Notes under the pieces: model-generated
Seen by the model: the letters and a program-made list of their open reading frames with translations, nothing else
What the model was told of the DNA's origin: nothing
Database searches by the model: none
Position numbers and translations under genes: made by a program
Virus record (IMG/VR): IMGVR_UViG_3300045988_150584
Origin: a virus
Strand: one strand, 5' to 3'
DNA: 64,000 nucleotides
In this document: positions 34,203 through 45,600 of the stretch, in pieces
Numbering within the stretch: position 1 is the stretch's first letter
How the letters are laid out: every line of letters starts with the position of its first letter

Positions 34203-35300
34203 TCAAATTGTGACCTTATAAGTGTTTGCGGTATCGTTGGCATTAGCCATATCCATCACATACACCTTATAATCAATACCGTCATATCCGTTAGCACCCT
34301 CAACAGAAACAACGGACTGTGTAAACGCAGTTTTAACCTCTGCGTTCATTCCGTTGACGTCCTGAACAGAGTTGACATCACGCAGCGAAGCGGGATATGC
34401 AAACACGACACGGATATCTCCAACGGGAATAGAGATGGTAAAACTGTTTCCAGCAGCAAGTGCCTTATTACTCTTTCCGGACAAAGCGCGGACAAGCGCA
34501 GAGTTTACCACACCATCTTTAGCAGTCAAAGAACCGTAGAAACTGTTACGATAGCCAGAAATCTTGCTCTTCGTAGCCGTCTTCTTACCTGCCTTGATCT
34601 GCCCAGCAGCATAATCCTTTTCCAATGCAGTCTTCGGCATAGCACCGTCTGCATAAGTCGCCTCGGCAGTGATGGAATATGCTGTGTCATCGCCAACGGT
34701 AATCTCATCGAATGTTCCACTTGCAGTTGTTTTCTCACCGCCATCTGTATTTGTCACTTTCCATGCGGAAGCAACGATGCCAGTTGCCGGCCCGAATTCA
34801 TAAGAACCAGCATTTAGCACAGCAGAGTAATCTGGAGATACCTTTGTACCAGCTTCATATGCCTTGATCTTAGCCGCAGTTAATGTAACACTCGGCTGAG
34901 TTACAGTCGGGTTTTGATCTTCTGCGAAAGCGTCATTCAAAAGCTCTGTCAAAGTCTTATCTTTTGCTGGAACTGTGACCTTGCCTCCGACCGGTGTATA
35001 CTTACCAAACTGATATGTAAACACCAGATCTTCTGTGAACACAATATCGTCTGTTGACGATCCACCGAATAACTGTACCCATGCACTACCAGTCCAAATC
35101 TCACCAACCTTGGTGTCCGTATTAACATACAGAACGCCAGTGGCAGGAGTTGCCGGTTTTTCACCAGTGTATGTACGAACTGCCTCGGTAAAGAGATCTG
35201 CACCAAAGTAAATCTCTCTTGTGTCCGTACAAAGATAAAACGCATTTTCACGGACTTCTGGCAAATTTGCTTTCAAGCCCGTATACACAAAATGAGCCAT
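34203..35300 (-). CDS. tail fibre protein A
   Basis: AAAGGAGAA SD. N-terminus MAHFVYTGLKANLPEVRENAFYLCTDTREIYFG..., paralogous to fibre B. Confidence 0.65.
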   Translation of the reverse strand: MAHFVYTGLKANLPEVRENAFYLCTDTREIYFGADLFTEAVRTYTGEKPATPATGVLYVNTDTKVGEIWTGSAWVQLFGGSSTDDIVFTEDLVFTYQFGKYTPVGGKVTVPAKDKTLTELLNDAFAEDQNPTVTQPSVTLTAAKIKAYEAGTKVSPDYSAVLNAGSYEFGPATGIVASAWKVTNTDGGEKTTASGTFDEITVGDDTAYSITAEATYADGAMPKTALEKDYAAGQIKAGKKTATKSKISGYRNSFYGSLTAKDGVVNSALVRALSGKSNKALAAGNSFTISIPVGDIRVVFAYPASLRDVNSVQDVNGMNAEVKTAFTQSVVSVEGANGYDGIDYKVYVMDMANANDTANTYKVTI

Positions 35301-35374
35301 TATCTTGTTCTCCTTTCTTGTTATTTAGCTTACAGAATATTTACAAAAAGATAGCGCTACTCTTTCTGCACAAA

Positions 35375-35743
35375 TTAAAAACTGCCAATCATATCTGCAA
35401 TGACCGCAGAAGATGTGGCAACACTGTCTTCAACAATATCATCCTTACCACCGTCAGATGGAACGCCGTATGTCTTAATCAGTCCGGCGCTGATCCATGT
35501 GAGTTTGACATTATCTCCGTCATTTTTAACATAGAAAAGATCATCTTTTAATGTCTCGCGCTCATCATCATCTGGGGTAATCTTCCATGTTCCGTCGATA
35601 TTGTAAACGCCAGTAGATAAGCTTGAAATAACAATACCAGAGCCGCTGATGTTTGTTACCGGCTTGTTGGAAAGCTTGTCGTAGTTAGAAACTCCGCCTG
35701 TTCCGCCGCCAGAACCTCCACTCCAAAAAGGAATATCACTCAT
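35375..35743 (-). CDS. hypothetical virion protein (Gly-rich N-terminus)
   Basis: AGGAGG 7 nt upstream. WSGGSGGGTGG resembles the N-terminus of the DGR target. Confidence 0.55.
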   Translation of the reverse strand: MSDIPFWSGGSGGGTGGVSNYDKLSNKPVTNISGSGIVISSLSTGVYNIDGTWKITPDDDERETLKDDLFYVKNDGDNVKLTWISAGLIKTYGVPSDGGKDDIVEDSVATSSAVIADMIGSF

Positions 35744-35759
35744 AGCAACCTCCTGTTTG

Positions 35760-36053
35760 TTAATACATGTAATAGATGTTGACAGCTACAGCCTGTTTGA
35801 AAACAAGACTTGTAATGTCAATTTGCCCATACCCTAATTCAAAAACACCAGACACAATCGGGATATCACATCCATTGATAGATACCTCTGTGCCTGGATC
35901 GCATTGAATGCCAATTTTCTTAATAATCATTCGTTCAGCGAATGCTAAAACACTATTCTGATGTAATTCAATTTCGTTTTTTCTGAATACATCGACCATG
36001 TTTGCATTCGCTGTTGTAGTTCCATTAAAACTACCAAGCGTACCCTTAGACAT
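35760..36053 (-). CDS. hypothetical virion protein
   Basis: 97 aa with an AGGAAGGTG SD, in the baseplate/fibre module. Confidence 0.55.
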   Translation of the reverse strand: MSKGTLGSFNGTTTANANMVDVFRKNEIELHQNSVLAFAERMIIKKIGIQCDPGTEVSINGCDIPIVSGVFELGYGQIDITSLVFKQAVAVNIYYMY

Positions 36054-36076
36054 ATATAAACACCTTCCTAATCGTT

Positions 36077-36997
36077 TTAAGCCAGCTCAACATAATCAAG
36101 CTCGTCAAGTGATACAGAATCTATGCTGCTAAGAGTAGACGAATCGAGGTCAGACAGCAAACGATATCGCTTTAGGCCGGCAGTAACATTTGGTGTCAAA
36201 TGAAGCTCTGCAAATTCCGCCTTAATAAACGCTTCGAGAGATTCGTTGACTGCAGCAATTAGTGACATAAATCCATCCGCAGAAAGATACTTTGTCGATT
36301 TCACACCGTTGTTTACAGCAGTCAAATAAAATGTCTGATTTGCATTGCCAAGCGTGTACCACATTTCAAAATCCATCAAACAAAGCAGATTCATAACAGC
36401 TTCTCCTTGCACAGCAAGCAGGTAGTACAAATCAAAGCGGTCTGTGTTTAATTGCATCTCTGCGCCAACACCAGCAAATGTTTCTTTCTTTGTATCGGCA
36501 CTGGACAAAAGCTCGATATCATTCTGCATCTTATCAAAAGCAGTTTTTAATGTATTAGCGGTTGATGTGTGAAAGATTAAATCACTACGCCCGCTTCCAA
36601 TTGACTTCGCAAGATCGTATTGCAATGCAGATGTTGTAAGTCTCGTTAGATTTTGAAAAACCTCGTATGTTTCTTCGCCAATCTCAAATGGACTCGTTGC
36701 AAAAACAAGGTCGGATTGACCAGAGATCGGCTTACCAGCAGCCAATTCAACATCCAAGTCAATCTCAACCTTGCTCTGAAATGTATTAAATACACGCTCT
36801 AACAATTCGTCAATCTCAGTTCTAAGATTAGCGTCACTCTCTCCGATGATAAATCTTTGTAGGCACAAATAATTAACCATCGCATCCAGATACATTTTGT
36901 TATACATGATTAGGCCGTCTCGATACGGAAGATTTTTGATAATAACATCAAACTCCGTCAGCCGCTTGCGAAGATAGATATTATATTCTTGTGCCAT
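36077..36997 (-). CDS. hypothetical baseplate-module protein
   Basis: 306-aa ORF in the structural operon. No motif recognised. Confidence 0.55.
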   Translation of the reverse strand: MAQEYNIYLRKRLTEFDVIIKNLPYRDGLIMYNKMYLDAMVNYLCLQRFIIGESDANLRTEIDELLERVFNTFQSKVEIDLDVELAAGKPISGQSDLVFATSPFEIGEETYEVFQNLTRLTTSALQYDLAKSIGSGRSDLIFHTSTANTLKTAFDKMQNDIELLSSADTKKETFAGVGAEMQLNTDRFDLYYLLAVQGEAVMNLLCLMDFEMWYTLGNANQTFYLTAVNNGVKSTKYLSADGFMSLIAAVNESLEAFIKAEFAELHLTPNVTAGLKRYRLLSDLDSSTLSSIDSVSLDELDYVELA

Positions 36998-37025
36998 AAC
37001 TCACCGCCAAATTGTTTAGCTAATT

Positions 37026-37427
37026 TTATGTAGGATTGCTCAATGTCAAAGTCAGGCTACCAGCCTTGATGGTAACGATGGTCGCAGTTTCAACATTACG
37101 AGCAGAAGACAGCTCATCAAACATGAGCAGATTTCCGCCAGTCAAAGCGTCGTAAATAACGAAATGCGTCATTGTACCCCAGTTCGCAGTTGACTCATCA
37201 AACGAAACCGCAGCAGTATTCTTAATTACACCAGCAGTCGGCTCGCTCAGAACAGTTAGCTTGACACGCTTATAACCAGCGCTTGAAGCCGGTTCAGATA
37301 CGCCAGATCCATCTACACCAGGTTCAGTCGCGCTTAAACCAATGTAATAATCGCCTGGAAGCGCCGGATTCTCCTTTGTGTGAAATAGATTACCCATCAC
37401 CTGATTCAAGAAATATGTAGTAGTCAT
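37026..37427 (-). CDS. hypothetical baseplate/fibre-module protein
   Basis: AGGAGG 8 nt upstream. 133 aa. Confidence 0.55.
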   Translation of the reverse strand: MTTTYFLNQVMGNLFHTKENPALPGDYYIGLSATEPGVDGSGVSEPASSAGYKRVKLTVLSEPTAGVIKNTAAVSFDESTANWGTMTHFVIYDALTGGNLLMFDELSSARNVETATIVTIKAGSLTLTLSNPT

Positions 37428-37439
37428 CGCAAATCCTCC

Positions 37440-37808
37440 TTATTTGATGATTGCCTTATCAATATTGTTTGTAATACCTAAAATGCCTTGGCTTGGAATC
37501 TCAGTTTCTCCGGACATATCCTGAATGGTGATCTGATAGATATACTTGCCATATAGGTTCACGGTCTCTTGTGGGAGAAGCGTAACCGTCAGAATATTTT
37601 CAACGCCATCATCATTTGCAACAATGGACATGGGCTTTGATAACACCGGAGTACCTGTACGATTTACTGAATACACCACTGAAAATGTAGCCGTAGCGCC
37701 TGATGCGCTGAACGGCTTTCGTGTATCAGTGAATAGGCAAAATCGTAAATCGTGTGTTTCCCCGCCAACAAAAAGGATTTCAGGTAGGTCATAAACTTTT
37801 GATTGCAT
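37440..37808 (-). CDS. hypothetical baseplate-module protein
   Basis: The ATG lies 6 nt after GGAGGT and just after the upstream TAA. The ORF-track TTG start sits inside the SD. Confidence 0.55.
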   Translation of the reverse strand: MQSKVYDLPEILFVGGETHDLRFCLFTDTRKPFSASGATATFSVVYSVNRTGTPVLSKPMSIVANDDGVENILTVTLLPQETVNLYGKYIYQITIQDMSGETEIPSQGILGITNNIDKAIIK

Positions 37809-37809
37809 A

Positions 37810-38616
37810 TTAACCTCCAACATTTACGGGAAACTCACATTGGATTTCCAACATACAATTCCCAACCACTTCAAGCAAATTGTCACCACAAACAAGCTTG
37901 AAGAATTCAAAATTGAAATATGGATATAGGTTCAAATCCATATTATTTGTAATTACACCATTTTCATTATCCACTTCAATCTCCAAGAAGTAGTCTTGCG
38001 GAAGATCGCTCAATGCAAAAAACCTATCGTTATCAGAATGATTGATGATTTTGATAGCGTTACTTCCGTTCAGTGTGATTTTTAGCTTTGGCTGATATCC
38101 ACCACGATAGCTACCGAGATTGCGCAAAATAATGTTAGTGTTGCCGCTGCAGTTATAGCTATATGTCACCGGATACTGATAGGCAAATGGGGAATCGCAT
38201 CGAACAGTGCATGAAAAAGCAATCGGTAAATTTCCGATTTCCACCATCTGCAAATCTTCAATCAAGCACCGATATCGAACCTGCTCCATATCGGCCTGCT
38301 CAATTTCCAACCACTTATAACCATCGACAGGAGACAACCATGCACTGATTGCCTCCCGATCCCAGGCATCAAAAAAGCCGTTTGTTTTCACAAACGACTT
38401 ATCAGCTCCAAATACCATTTTGAATGTCAATGGCTCATTTTGTGTGATACCATAAAACAGCGGCTTATATCGACCAGAAATACGGTCTTCCGAAATTTCT
38501 GCCGGCGTAGGAAAACTACCATTACCAGGAGAAACACCATTGACTTCGTAAAGCCTTAGCCCGTATTCCGTGCAAGGGATACCATCAAAAATAAAATAGT
38601 CACCCCAAAAAGCCAT
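37810..38616 (-). CDS. distal tail protein (Dit/Sipho_tail-like)
   Basis: GGAGGTG SD. FIFDGIPCTEYGLRL...ISGRYKPLFYG...CDSPFAY matches the siphovirus Dit N-domain pattern as I recall it. Confidence 0.55.
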   Translation of the reverse strand: MAFWGDYFIFDGIPCTEYGLRLYEVNGVSPGNGSFPTPAEISEDRISGRYKPLFYGITQNEPLTFKMVFGADKSFVKTNGFFDAWDREAISAWLSPVDGYKWLEIEQADMEQVRYRCLIEDLQMVEIGNLPIAFSCTVRCDSPFAYQYPVTYSYNCSGNTNIILRNLGSYRGGYQPKLKITLNGSNAIKIINHSDNDRFFALSDLPQDYFLEIEVDNENGVITNNMDLNLYPYFNFEFFKLVCGDNLLEVVGNCMLEIQCEFPVNVGG

Positions 38617-38630
38617 AACTGCACCTCCGC

Positions 38631-38810
38631 TTACTTATCCTTTGGCTGTTCCTCTTCCTTTGTAATCTCACAACCAAGTAAAATGTCTCTCGTCTCTTCA
38701 AGAATGGCGATACTTCCACTCAGATTTGCAAGATTCGGCTTCCCGCGAACAGAAATATTGTCAAGCGCATTCAGTACAGCAACTAAACGATTGATAACTT
38801 CATCCTTCAT
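38631..38810 (-). CDS. small hypothetical protein (59 aa)
   Basis: Hand-translated MKDEVINRLVAVLNALDNISVRGKPNLANLSGSIAILEETRDILLGCEITKEEEQPKDK. AGAGGG SD. Fills the gap between two structural genes. Confidence 0.45.
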   Translation of the reverse strand: MKDEVINRLVAVLNALDNISVRGKPNLANLSGSIAILEETRDILLGCEITKEEEQPKDK

Positions 38811-38813
38811 ATA

Positions 38814-41800
38814 TTAACCCTCTTTCAAAGATTGCAATTCATTTTCAAGCTTGGTGATACGACGATATAGTTTCTGAATCATGTGTGTATTCAGAGAAAT
38901 GAACTCGCCGTAGCGAAGCTTGTAGTAATTGTCAGTAATTCCGTCTGCCTCGTTGACCTCTTCAATAGGTGCAATAACCAGACCAGCAAAATCCATATTA
39001 GACAGGCCGGCGTTGTGAAGAGCATCTTCAACATCCTGTGCAATAAATCCAGAATGAAGTCTTCCACCATGACCATTGTTATACTTAAATGTCGCTGGTT
39101 TCAGCCCCATGAAAAATTCATCATAACGATCAAAGTCGTAGTTGATGGTATTCTTCAATCGTCTATCAGAACGCAGCGTAATTTCTTCACTTGCATAAAT
39201 GCCATTGGCAGTAATGAAGAAGTCCATTGCCCCGATTTCATCCAGACCAGTCATTCGGCATCCAGAATCCGTAACAATGAAGTATGGGGCGTTGCCTTCA
39301 CCATTTCCGCCATACATCATAGAACCGTATGTTCGATTACCGCCGCTACCAGAACCATATCCTTTTGCGAATCCGCCATAGCCACAGGTAAGCGCAATAT
39401 TATCAGCGTCAATATTACCAGCGAGAATATATGATGCGTTAATAGCAAGATAATATCGACCATTATATCTGTACGAATAAATACCATCGTAATAATAGTC
39501 ATCCGAATTCTCGTACAAAGCCTTAGCAATATTACCGCGAGTAACATTCGCATCGCTACCGTCTGCGCCGTCATATCCATCACGACCATCTTTACCTTGA
39601 ATCTTCATTGCAGAAGTCCAAGTATTACCGCCGTCATAAGAATACGAAGCATAGTAGTCATATGAAACGCTCAAGCTTCTGTGCCAACCACTTGAAGACG
39701 AACTTGGATAGGAAGAGTACGGAGAGGTAGGTGTTGCATAACTTGATCTGCCATACAAAACGCGAACGGGACTGCTGCCGGTTCCCCAAGTAATGTTTCC
39801 TTGAAGATTGATGCTTCCAGTCATCGTGATATTACCAGTTGTGCCGTCAATCTGAATATTTCCAAGATCAAGATAATTGCTATCAAACTTGTTCTTATCA
39901 GATGTCAGCATTGACTTTCCAGACTTGTCCAGAAAATCAGATGCTTGTACAACGCCTTTGAAATTACCACTTGCAGCAGAAAGCTCACCGCTGAATTTAC
40001 CGTCACAGCCCTCAAGCGTACCTTTGATATGAACATTTCCGTCTGTATCGACCCAGAAAGATGCGTTCTTTTCATCAATGGTATACTCATCACCGTCATA
40101 CAACGGATACTTGCCAATTGCAATTCCGGAATACGGATTTAGAGTGATTTGCACCTGATTAGCATTGTAGATATCAAAAATAGCATTATGGAGAGAAGCG
40201 CCGTTTCCATCAACACGAAACACAGAAGTCTTTCCGTCTTTCTTTTTGCTTTCGATAATCATACTGTTGCTGGCAATCAGCTTACCAATGAGACTATCAG
40301 CAATTACACCGCTAATAAGCGTACCATCTTCAGATACCATTTGACCGATAGCAAGATTCGCTGTTTGCCAATTATCTGTGGTAAACATGATCGAACCGTT
40401 GTTCATCCAAATCTGGTACGGCTCATATTCTGTAGGCGATCCATCAACTCGTTTCCGTAGACGCAAACCAGACTCACTCCATGAAATATCCTGTCCGCTT
40501 GATGACATGATATTGTTCTTTGCGATATCCAGCGCAGACTTCATGAATTTGCTTAGTGATGTTTCTGCACCACTATTCACAAACTGATTATATGTCCATT
40601 TGCCACTATCAAGCGTTTTGCCCGCAGACACACTATCACTCAAAGCATCTGAATATGAAAAATCATTTCCAGAAAGATTATACTTGCTGGATAATGTCAC
40701 CTCGAACTTAGACAAATCTTCAAATGGAATATGGACTCCAAGTAAAATAGGCTGCAAAACCTTACCATCACGATCTTGCCAATAAACCTTGCTACCAAGC
40801 TCCAAGTGATTTTTGAAATACTTGAATTCTGACATAGCAAGAAAGTTGGCTAAATCAAGTGAAAATGTATAAGAGGGTTGCGAAACTTTTTCCAACACAG
40901 TTTTGCCATATTCAAATAGATCCCATTCTACGGTTCTCTGTTCATACTCTGTTGTACTTCTTGTGAAATACAGATTTGCAGTATTGATTTTGAACTGCAA
41001 TGTACTTCCAGAGCTAATCGCACCATTGACCTCAGACTCAGCTTTCACATTAGACGAAACACTAATTGCCGTACCTGAGATAGATACACAAGCGTTAGGG
41101 AACTCTGCGTCATTCAATGTGCCATCATTAACACGCGCAGTAAACAAAATGTTGTTATCACTGTCAAAATCCAAAGACGCACGAATTAGATTCGCCCGAA
41201 GAACAAAACCGTTAGTTGAACATTCCAAAACGCCACCAGATGCAGAATAAATGTCCTTACCGAAATCATTCTTGACTTTGATAACTTCTGATCTGCTGAT
41301 ATTAAAAATAGCGCCAGAAACTTTTACGCTCTCACCTGAGGTATCATAAGTAGCCACTTTTGGAATTACAAATGAATCCTCTGAAACAGAGTCCTCTTTC
41401 AGATACCGATTGATAATCTTGTACTCATCTTCTGTAAAAAATGCAGATAGGGTAGTCTTGTTGTTAATTGCGACCATCTGCTCATTCAAACTTGAAACTT
41501 CCGCAGAAATAGCATCAATTTCAGACTGCTTCTGTGTAATCTCCGATTTTTTAGCGCTAATTTTTGCATTGACGCTATTTAGATCGCTTTGTGACTTCAA
41601 TCCTTGTGCAATAGCCTGAATAGTAACCGCTTGAATATTTTCAAGGCTTGTCAATTCTCCTTGCAATGTAGTCATAGCGGCTTGTTCCGTGACAAGCTGT
41701 GCAGTTTTCAGAGCCTCTTCAATCGTTAAATTGTAATACTGCTGCTGGTAAGACTCAAATGTTTCCTCCCACAGATTATATTTGTTGATTACATTCTGAC

Positions 41801-42587
41801 TAAAATTATCGAGTGTCATAAAATGCTGCAGATTGATAATGCTGCTTGTTCCCATCGGATTGACACTTCGGATATCAACACCATCCGCACCATATACGCT
41901 AAGATTGGTAACAATACTTTCGCTATCCTCATCAACACTCACATTTTTCACGAGATTTTTTACAGAGAAGTATACGGGTGTAATCGGCGCGGCAGAAGCC
42001 ATATCACGCACATGGATCAGTCGTTTATAGGTATCAAAATAAAAAATACAACCATATGACTCCTGCAAATCAGATTTCATAAAATTGTAGACATTTTGAT
42101 CGTCGCTATCATCGAAAGTGCGATACTTGTCAATTAAAGTCGCATCAACGCTTCCAACATTCCAAGATGGCATTAGTTCAAGAATCATCCCTAAAATTGT
42201 TCCTTTCGGAGCAATAGGATTCCACAAATTATATGTCCCCTCTGTCAATGGAAGCTTCTTAAACGAAAACTCATATTCAAGCGAATATGCAGTACAACTT
42301 TTGATTTGCTTGATACCATCGTCATCCACTTTTGGATCAACCAAAAGGAAGCGACCGTAGTTCATCAAATCAATAATTCGCATTCCGACAACTCGACCAT
42401 AGTTCTCTGTGAGCTTTCGATCCACATACGCTGGTAGATCAAATGTCAGTGTTGAAATCTCATTATAACAAAGGTCGGCCTCAACATTGAATGCGTATTT
42501 TAGCACTCCAATAGGGGTATCATCAAGATTTTGGAGAATCAACATGGGCTGTTCTTTTACATTGATCTTTGCAAAATCAATGACCAT
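38814..42587 (-). CDS. tail-associated lysin / tail tip protein (Tal-like) with C-terminal S74 intramolecular chaperone
   Basis: ATG 7 nt after AAAGGAGG. N-terminus ...ISTLTFDLP... is like the prophage-tail/Tal region. The C-terminus SDRRLKNTI...LHSGFIAQDVE... is peptidase_S74-like, followed by a coiled coil. Confidence 0.7.
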   Translation of the reverse strand: MVIDFAKINVKEQPMLILQNLDDTPIGVLKYAFNVEADLCYNEISTLTFDLPAYVDRKLTENYGRVVGMRIIDLMNYGRFLLVDPKVDDDGIKQIKSCTAYSLEYEFSFKKLPLTEGTYNLWNPIAPKGTILGMILELMPSWNVGSVDATLIDKYRTFDDSDDQNVYNFMKSDLQESYGCIFYFDTYKRLIHVRDMASAAPITPVYFSVKNLVKNVSVDEDSESIVTNLSVYGADGVDIRSVNPMGTSSIINLQHFMTLDNFSQNVINKYNLWEETFESYQQQYYNLTIEEALKTAQLVTEQAAMTTLQGELTSLENIQAVTIQAIAQGLKSQSDLNSVNAKISAKKSEITQKQSEIDAISAEVSSLNEQMVAINNKTTLSAFFTEDEYKIINRYLKEDSVSEDSFVIPKVATYDTSGESVKVSGAIFNISRSEVIKVKNDFGKDIYSASGGVLECSTNGFVLRANLIRASLDFDSDNNILFTARVNDGTLNDAEFPNACVSISGTAISVSSNVKAESEVNGAISSGSTLQFKINTANLYFTRSTTEYEQRTVEWDLFEYGKTVLEKVSQPSYTFSLDLANFLAMSEFKYFKNHLELGSKVYWQDRDGKVLQPILLGVHIPFEDLSKFEVTLSSKYNLSGNDFSYSDALSDSVSAGKTLDSGKWTYNQFVNSGAETSLSKFMKSALDIAKNNIMSSSGQDISWSESGLRLRKRVDGSPTEYEPYQIWMNNGSIMFTTDNWQTANLAIGQMVSEDGTLISGVIADSLIGKLIASNSMIIESKKKDGKTSVFRVDGNGASLHNAIFDIYNANQVQITLNPYSGIAIGKYPLYDGDEYTIDEKNASFWVDTDGNVHIKGTLEGCDGKFSGELSAASGNFKGVVQASDFLDKSGKSMLTSDKNKFDSNYLDLGNIQIDGTTGNITMTGSINLQGNITWGTGSSPVRVLYGRSSYATPTSPYSSYPSSSSSGWHRSLSVSYDYYASYSYDGGNTWTSAMKIQGKDGRDGYDGADGSDANVTRGNIAKALYENSDDYYYDGIYSYRYNGRYYLAINASYILAGNIDADNIALTCGYGGFAKGYGSGSGGNRTYGSMMYGGNGEGNAPYFIVTDSGCRMTGLDEIGAMDFFITANGIYASEEITLRSDRRLKNTINYDFDRYDEFFMGLKPATFKYNNGHGGRLHSGFIAQDVEDALHNAGLSNMDFAGLVIAPIEEVNEADGITDNYYKLRYGEFISLNTHMIQKLYRRITKLENELQSLKEG

Positions 42588-42641
42588 ACCAAGACCTCCT
42601 TTATAGAACAAAGAGGACACCCATTGGGTGTCCTCTTAAAA

Positions 42642-45600
42642 TTATCCTCTGAGCATAGAATTAGCAACCTTGTTTCTAATTCCCTTACGCCGATTTGCAC
42701 TAATCAGTTTTCCAATTGTAAAGTCAGCATAATACTCAGCAAAGCCCTTCATATTTTCTTCCGTCACATTCTGCATCTGGAAGTAGTTCTGAATAGTGAC
42801 ACGATCATCCGTAGACGAATTATCTGTATTACTATTGTCGTTCGTAATCGACTTAACGACCTCAGAAACAGCGGGTGATGTAGAAGTAAGGTTGCCAATC
42901 AATGAGTCCAAAACACCAGTAATACCATATTTCAACGAATTGAAAATACGCATATACTGATCTTTCGTCATGACAAGCTCTCCATCCTTCAAAACAGAAA
43001 GGACTTCATCAGCACCGGCAGCTCGACCGCCAACATAACCCTCGTCCAAACCAGTATGGAACAGTCGCGGGCCATTTGCGGAATCAAGATACCAAACGCC
43101 ATTCACTTTAACAACCTTGCGCCCCAATAGAGCGGAAAGCTGTTCGGCAAGATCCTCATTCTCCTTAACCAAACGGTTCTTTTCTTCCTGCGTCTTTGCA
43201 GTATGCCAACCCTTACTATTTGTCTGCATCTTACTCAAAATTCTGTCGATTTGCGTTTGCTTATCGTCAGCATTCTTTCCAGCGTAGGAAATTTCAGAGT
43301 TAATACCATTCAGCGCAGACACGACATCGCCGTATTCCTGCGCCGCTGCCTTAGCAGTTCGCCAAGCGGAAGTAATAGAATCTTCGCCGTCGATCATATC
43401 TCCATATTGCTTATTCCACTCAATTAGGTCTGTGTATAGCTGTTCCCAATTGCTGTTGATGCGGGCAATAGCTGCATTGTACACCTTTTCTTCCGTATCA
43501 ACTGTGGACTTCACATAGGAAATTTCATCGTTTTTCGTATCCTCAAAAGTATCAGCTTCTTTGTCCAAAGCGTCAACTTGTGAATTATACGCATAATCTG
43601 CTTGATAGTCAGCCAACTCCTGCTGAAGCTGAGCCAGCTCTTGTGCCAGCTTTTGTTTTTCAGCATTTGCTGATGCACTCGTATCACGATCCAACTGCGC
43701 AAGCTTCGCTTGCTTTTCAGCAATCTCAGCTACTTTTTCTGCAACAGTTCTTTGATAGTCTTCTTCATCCTTAGTCGCAGAAAGAGACTCTTTCTTCAAA
43801 TCAATGATTTTACGGAAAGCGTCAATCTGTGCTTCCAGAGCATCTACTTGATCCTCAGCCTCTTGACGAACAAGCTCCATCGTCATCTCAATGATTTTCG
43901 TTAGAGCATCTTTCTGTTCGTTGTAGATTTCAACGCCCGTTTCACGCATAAGACTGTTATACTCTTTCAGAGTTAAAACACCCTCTTCAAATAGGCGATT
44001 GATTTCTTTCAGCTTTTGTTTCAGGTAGTCAACCTTGGTAAAATTGAAATCTCCCCACAAATCAAAATCATCGGCATAATCAATGAAGTCATCAAATGTA
44101 TCAAGAACATTATCTGCAATTTTAGAGTTAATATCTTGAATATCATTATAAGCACCCCACCATGCGTCAATACAATCTTGAATTGCTTCGTCGTTTTCGT
44201 CCAGTCCGAGATCACGCAGACGTCGTTCTTCCTTATGAGCTTCTTCTTGAATTTTCTTTTGTTCTTCAAGCTGCTTATAAAGGTTATCCAACATCGCATC
44301 CTTGGTCTGATTGTTGTCCAGCATATCATACTGGTTTTCCAACAGACTGAGCATATTGTTATGATTATCTACCGCAGTCTGGTAAATATCATGCAACATA
44401 TCCTCAATCGTATCCTGATAATCCCACCACTTTTTCTGTAGGTCTTGGATATAATCAGAGGTATCATCTAAACCAAGCGCACGATACTTTTCAGCTTGTG
44501 CGTGGACTGTTTCTTGCATCTTCCGATAGATGGCAATAATTTGTTCCGGAGTCCCGTCATTCTTCTCCAAAAGGAAAATTGAATGCTCAAAATTGCCAAT
44601 GATATCGGATAGTTGGTCTTCCAAATCGTCCAGCTTATCTTTAAGCTGTTCTTCTAATGTCTTATCGTCAATTGTCGCTTCGACTGTAGCGTTGAATGTG
44701 ATTGGTGTTCCACTTGAACCGGTCTTGCCTGTCTCAACATGCAATCCACCTGTCTGGACTCTGCCTTTCGCATAAGCTGGGATAACACCCTTGAGCTGCT
44801 TGCCAGATCCGTGTACGATACGCTTTGTTTCATCCGCAGTATAAACACGGTCGCCCTGCTTGAGATTAACAACCTCAGCGCCATTTACACCTGCAAGATA
44901 AGCTTTATCGCCAGACTGGATAAGCTCAGCGCCCTCTTCACCAACCAACGCATCACCAGCCGGTGCAGCACCAGTACCAGAAGCATACCCAAAGATACTT
45001 CCAAGAATGCCGCTCTTACGCTTTGTGTCAATCGTGACCGTAGCGGTTTGACCGTCCAAATGCTGAACAGCAGTTTGAACGCGCTTTACTGCGGTCTCTG
45101 CGTCGCTTGCAGCAGTTTCAATGTTATTAAACTGATCAACAACATTATCAGTTGTCTCATCGTCAACATCCTCGACAGCCTGCGCAACACCATCAACATT
45201 AGAAGTTACTGTCGCAAAATCCAAACCGTTCAGATACTCCAGCGCATCTGTCGTATCTTTAATTTCACCTTGCGAATTTGTGAGGGAAATACCGTCTGCT
45301 TCACCAAGCTTTGTGATTAGGTTTTCCGCCTGTTCCTTAGTGAAGTTTAGTTCGGAAAGAAGTGGGGCAAGAGCTTCTGCATCAACATTGACCGTGATAC
45401 CATCGCTGGCTGCTAAACCAAGATTAGTAAGACTGTTCGTTAAACCGTCAATGCTGCCCTCTGCATCCAACAATACAACGCCATCGAGATCTTGTAGACC
45501 TGTCAGAATATCATAGATTTCCTTGTCAGTCTTACCAAGAGTGATAAGCTGATCGGTAAGCGCCGAAACATTGATTGCTTTCTTTCCAGCATTCTCCGCA

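Noticed and set aside
32534-34817. Long + strand ORFs (291 aa at 32534-33409; 248 aa at 34071-34817) antisense to the fibre genes
   Set aside because: They are S/L/C-rich low-complexity translations with no SD. They are shadow ORFs opposite well-supported - strand genes. The same applies to 38883-39434, 44739-45320, 54581-55144 and 57435-57977.
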